Notes under the pieces: generated by a model
Told to the model about the DNA's origin: nothing
Database searches by the model: none
What the model saw: only the letters and a program-made list of their open reading frames with translations
Made by a program: the position numbers and the translations under genes
Shown: positions 28,077 to 30,871 of the stretch, piece after piece
Layout: every line of letters starts with the position of its first letter
Position numbering within the stretch: position 1 is the first letter of the stretch
Assembly (NCBI GenBank): GCA_016839805.1
Contig: JAEOTO010000037.1
Location: 1 to 30,871 of the forward strand
Reading direction: 5' to 3'
DNA from: Candidatus Hermodarchaeota archaeon
GTDB taxonomy: Archaea; Asgardarchaeota; Hermodarchaeia; Hermodarchaeales; Hermodarchaeaceae
DNA: 30,871 nt

Positions 28077-28790
28077 TCAACTCAATGCTTTCATCTGTAA
28101 TGAACCTAGAACAAGACCCAACTCACTCATTTCCTTCATACTAAACCATTTTCCCTTCACCATATTACAAATAAAACAAAGCATCTGTAAATTTCCCAAT
28201 ATGTATCCTTTATTACTATCAATTCTATCGATAGTAAAACCACACAGTTTGGTTTTTCCTCGACTCTTCTGAAATGCTTTTGACTCAGTAATTGTGCAAC
28301 CACATAAAGGGCACTTTCGGGTTTCAATTGGTCCATGTTTTTCATCCCATGCACAAAAGTCATCAAATGTGAGGTGAAAAGGAATCTTCCATTTTTGTGC
28401 ACGCCTTTTGATTGTACCAAACTGTATGCGTAAACGTCTCTTTCCATGATAAAGAAGCTTAACACGTTTTAGTGCGCAAACTTTGCAATAGGCATTCAAT
28501 CCATCTTTTCTCATCCTATTTAAATGAAATTCGGTTTTAGGCTTTGTTTCACCACAAGATGGACAATATTTAACACCTTTTCTCGAAGGTTCTCTAACTC
28601 CCCAGGCCTCTCTAATTTTTCTTGTTCGTTCACGCCTATGAAGGTTGAGACATGTTTTACACCAACTGTATAGGCCATCTTTTGTCCTTTTATCCTTGGT
28701 AAATTCACTTTTTATTTTGAATTTTCTACATTTAGTACATCTTTTCATTGGATCTTTGCTAACCAACGGTCTTAGATATTCATCATTCAT
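28077..28790 (-). CDS. Virus-like His-Me finger (HNH/EndoVII-related) endonuclease with two N-terminal Cys4 zinc-finger repeats
   Basis: Repeats KRCTKC...EF...KDGLYSWCKTC and KYCPSC...EF...KDGLNAYCKVC; nuclease core CPLCG...TIDRIDSNKGYILGNLQMLCFICNMVKG. Confidence 0.8.
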   Translation of the reverse strand: MNDEYLRPLVSKDPMKRCTKCRKFKIKSEFTKDKRTKDGLYSWCKTCLNLHRRERTRKIREAWGVREPSRKGVKYCPSCGETKPKTEFHLNRMRKDGLNAYCKVCALKRVKLLYHGKRRLRIQFGTIKRRAQKWKIPFHLTFDDFCAWDEKHGPIETRKCPLCGCTITESKAFQKSRGKTKLCGFTIDRIDSNKGYILGNLQMLCFICNMVKGKWFSMKEMSELGLVLGSLQMKALS

Positions 28791-28988
28791 TCATTACCCT
28801 CTGCATCTTATATTGATCAAAAATCCAATAAACTCATCTATGGGATAACATAAAATCATAGCCGCTTCTGGGAGCAAATATTAGCCTAAAGCACACTTGA
28901 TAACATCAACTCGAGCCCTTTTTACGTCATCCTTAAATTTAGAAAATTGCACAATGTAATCTTCAACAATTTGGGATAAGGAATCGAC

Positions 28989-29933
28989 ATGCCAGGGCTG
29001 GATAAGCTGGATAAAGCCATTATCATTGAATTAGAAGGTAACTGTCGCCAATCCTACAAAGAGCTAGCTACAAAATTTAATCTCACGGCCAACGCTATCA
29101 AAAAGAGAGTAGGAAAACTCATTGAGGAAGGGGCTATAATTGATTTCAGAATTGAACTCAGTTTGGCAATGCTTGATGCTGATTTCTTCTGGATTGATAT
29201 CACAACAGATGGCTCCGAACACGATGTAGATTTTGGGGATCGCATTGGTCAACATCGGTTAGTAGAAGCCGTTAATCGGTTAGCTGATGGTTCCTATACC
29301 GCCTGGGGTGAATATAGTGATGCAGCTGAACTAGCGGCCCTAGGACGTTATATTCGAGAAACGGACGGTGTGACCCAAGTAAAAATCCATCCCGCGATTG
29401 GTATGTGCCCAACCCTTTCACCATTGTCCAAAGTGAATACAAAGGGTCGAAAGACCACCTTTACCTCAACCCAGTTACAAGCACTCCGATGCCTTACCAA
29501 GGATCCACGAATGCAGATTAAGGACCTAGCCAAATGCATGAATTCAACTGCACGCCGAGCACGAAATGTCCTTACTGAGCTGCAAAACAGTAAAGCAATC
29601 TACTTCACTCTTCGCTGGGACCGCAGCGCGTTTGGAGATATTGAACTCGAAATACGCCTTCAAGTCGACGAATCAAAGACAGAACCCCTCGCTGTTTTAG
29701 AATGGTTGAAGAACAGATATGCCTTTCAATACTGGACTTCATATTTATTCGCCGAAGAACCGATATTTCACATCACAATGGTTGTATCCGATCTTCGTGA
29801 AGGTCAACAACTGAGGCGAGCACTAAAACAAGCACCATTCACCAAAGAGGTTGACGTTTTCGTGAGTTATCCCTTTCGCCGATTTCCAGGACTCGGACTA
29901 AACCGTTTATCAGAACTCCTCGAAGAAACCTAA
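28989..29933 (+). CDS. Tandem Lrp/AsnC-type wHTH transcriptional regulator
   Basis: HTH1 LDKLDKAIIIELEGNCRQSYKELA...IKKRVGKL and HTH2 QLQALRCLTKDPRMQIKDLA, each followed by a RAM-like domain. Confidence 0.88.
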   Translation: MPGLDKLDKAIIIELEGNCRQSYKELATKFNLTANAIKKRVGKLIEEGAIIDFRIELSLAMLDADFFWIDITTDGSEHDVDFGDRIGQHRLVEAVNRLADGSYTAWGEYSDAAELAALGRYIRETDGVTQVKIHPAIGMCPTLSPLSKVNTKGRKTTFTSTQLQALRCLTKDPRMQIKDLAKCMNSTARRARNVLTELQNSKAIYFTLRWDRSAFGDIELEIRLQVDESKTEPLAVLEWLKNRYAFQYWTSYLFAEEPIFHITMVVSDLREGQQLRRALKQAPFTKEVDVFVSYPFRRFPGLGLNRLSELLEET

Positions 29934-30011
29934 CCCTAACCAAAGAGAAATTTCATAATGAGTATTCTGTAAATATTTCTTATTCAGAAAAAATAATTAT
30001 ATGTCAAGGAC

Positions 30012-30233
30012 ATGCACCAATGCAAAGAGGCATTGAAAATGAACTGGAGCCCACGCCATACCCGATTCCTCATTGCGATAATCATTGGCACCATTATTGG
30101 TATTATCTGTAGTTGGTTCTTTGCCAACCTCCTCTACCTCCCTCTCATAATCATGTGTTCAGCATTAATCGTACTCTTCTGCAAAAGTGCCCCTGATATC
30201 CCACCTGAAGAAGAAAAATTCTACACCAAATAA
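30012..30233 (+). CDS. Small 2-TM membrane protein; the start may be the second Met (MNWSPR), which has a GAGG upstream
   Basis: Two hydrophobic helices; TRFLIAIIIGTIIGII resembles the protein at 25586..25885. Confidence 0.65.
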   Translation: MHQCKEALKMNWSPRHTRFLIAIIIGTIIGIICSWFFANLLYLPLIIMCSALIVLFCKSAPDIPPEEEKFYTK

Positions 30234-30423
30234 TCCCTTGGAAACCTAAACAGGTGCAAGTTTCCCCTCTTAACTCGCTTTTTCTAGGGTAAACCTGTAA
30301 TTTTCAAACCAGTTTGCACAACGATTTCTCACCGATAGCTGTGTATTACTTCTGCTAGTTATCAAAACGAGGTGAAAGTTTAAATATGGGCTTTAGGCAT
30401 GCCTAAATCACAAGTGATCAATA

Positions 30424-30871
30424 ATGTCTCACGTAGGTCCCAACCATGTCGCCGGCGAAGCCCAGCGCAGTCATCAAATCCAAATCGGACTCTTTATTTT
30501 CTTTCTCATTATCTGGATTCTGGATTCCTTTCTTCTCCGAATAACACCCCTCGTGTATCTTGTCCCACTCTATCTCAATGTAATCCCCGGAATTATCATT
30601 ATTATCAGTGCGCTTGTCCTCATGCAAAAATCGCACATCGTCTTCGAAGGCCCCGAACCCCATGTCGTGACAACCAGCGTCTATAATCGGGTGCGACATC
30701 CCATGTACTTGGGTTCAATCCTCTTGTATTTCAGCTTCTGGATCACAACTCTCTCCATCATCACTCTCCTCCCGCTCCTTTGCGTCATCATCGGCTACAA
30801 TTACCTTGCCAACGCCGAAGAACAGCTCCTAGAAGAGAAGTTTGGTGATGAATACCTGGAGTACAAGAAAC
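30424..30871 (+). CDS. Isoprenylcysteine carboxyl methyltransferase (ICMT/PEMT) family membrane protein; runs off the right edge
   Basis: Manual translation MSHVGPNH...VVTTSVYNRVRHPMYLG...AEEQLLEEKFGDEYLEYKK contains the RHPMY and EE..L...FG..Y..Y motifs. Confidence 0.9.
   Translation, partial: MSHVGPNHVAGEAQRSHQIQIGLFIFFLIIWILDSFLLRITPLVYLVPLYLNVIPGIIIIISALVLMQKSHIVFEGPEPHVVTTSVYNRVRHPMYLGSILLYFSFWITTLSIITLLPLLCVIIGYNYLANAEEQLLEEKFGDEYLEYKK

Noticed and set aside
272-29539. Numerous short antisense or alternate-frame ORFs nested in larger genes (e.g. 272..616, 18301..18774, 19261..19656, 24754..25089)
   Set aside because: They overlap better-supported CDSs and have no motifs of their own.
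30399-30699. ORF-track ORFs 30399..30686 (+) and 30418..30699 (-)
   Set aside because: Alternative frames overlapping the ICMT-family CDS starting at 30424.
30424-30871. ICMT as evidence of eukaryote-like CaaX processing
   Set aside because: The family is widespread in prokaryotes; no prenyltransferase or small GTPase in the window.

Overview
Archaeal chromosomal window, probably Asgard-type. This is inferred from GGTGA/GGAGG-type SD motifs, a tandem AsnC/Lrp wHTH regulator, an AbrB-PhoU regulator, an arrestin-fold protein and archaeal XerA; it is not proven. Recognisable genes, in order: partial DUF72, a small hypothetical, AbrB-PhoU regulator, two tandem paralogous ~750-aa membrane-anchored surface proteins with a convergent GT-C glycosyltransferase, PRTase, arrestin/Spo0M-like protein, two DUF362 proteins, CooC, UPF0182, alpha/beta hydrolase, ribosomal protein L41e, two membrane proteins plus a KaiC-like ATPase, HEAT-repeat protein, XerA, QueG-like Fe-S protein, MBL hydrolase, a Zn-finger/His-Me endonuclease, a tandem AsnC regulator and a partial ICMT-family methyltransferase. 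The ORF track misses DUF72, L41e, the ICMT-family gene and two microproteins. Two observations stand out. First, an SD-supported pair of oppositely charged microproteins (24 aa Lys/Ser-rich; 27 aa acidic ending EEEEWEEDSGDEDDW) lies downstream of a very basic 280-aa ORF. Second, two long AT-rich intergenic regions flanking the HEAT gene beside xerA share a duplicated module with four copies of a degenerate 16-bp motif. No rRNA, tRNA or CRISPR array was seen.
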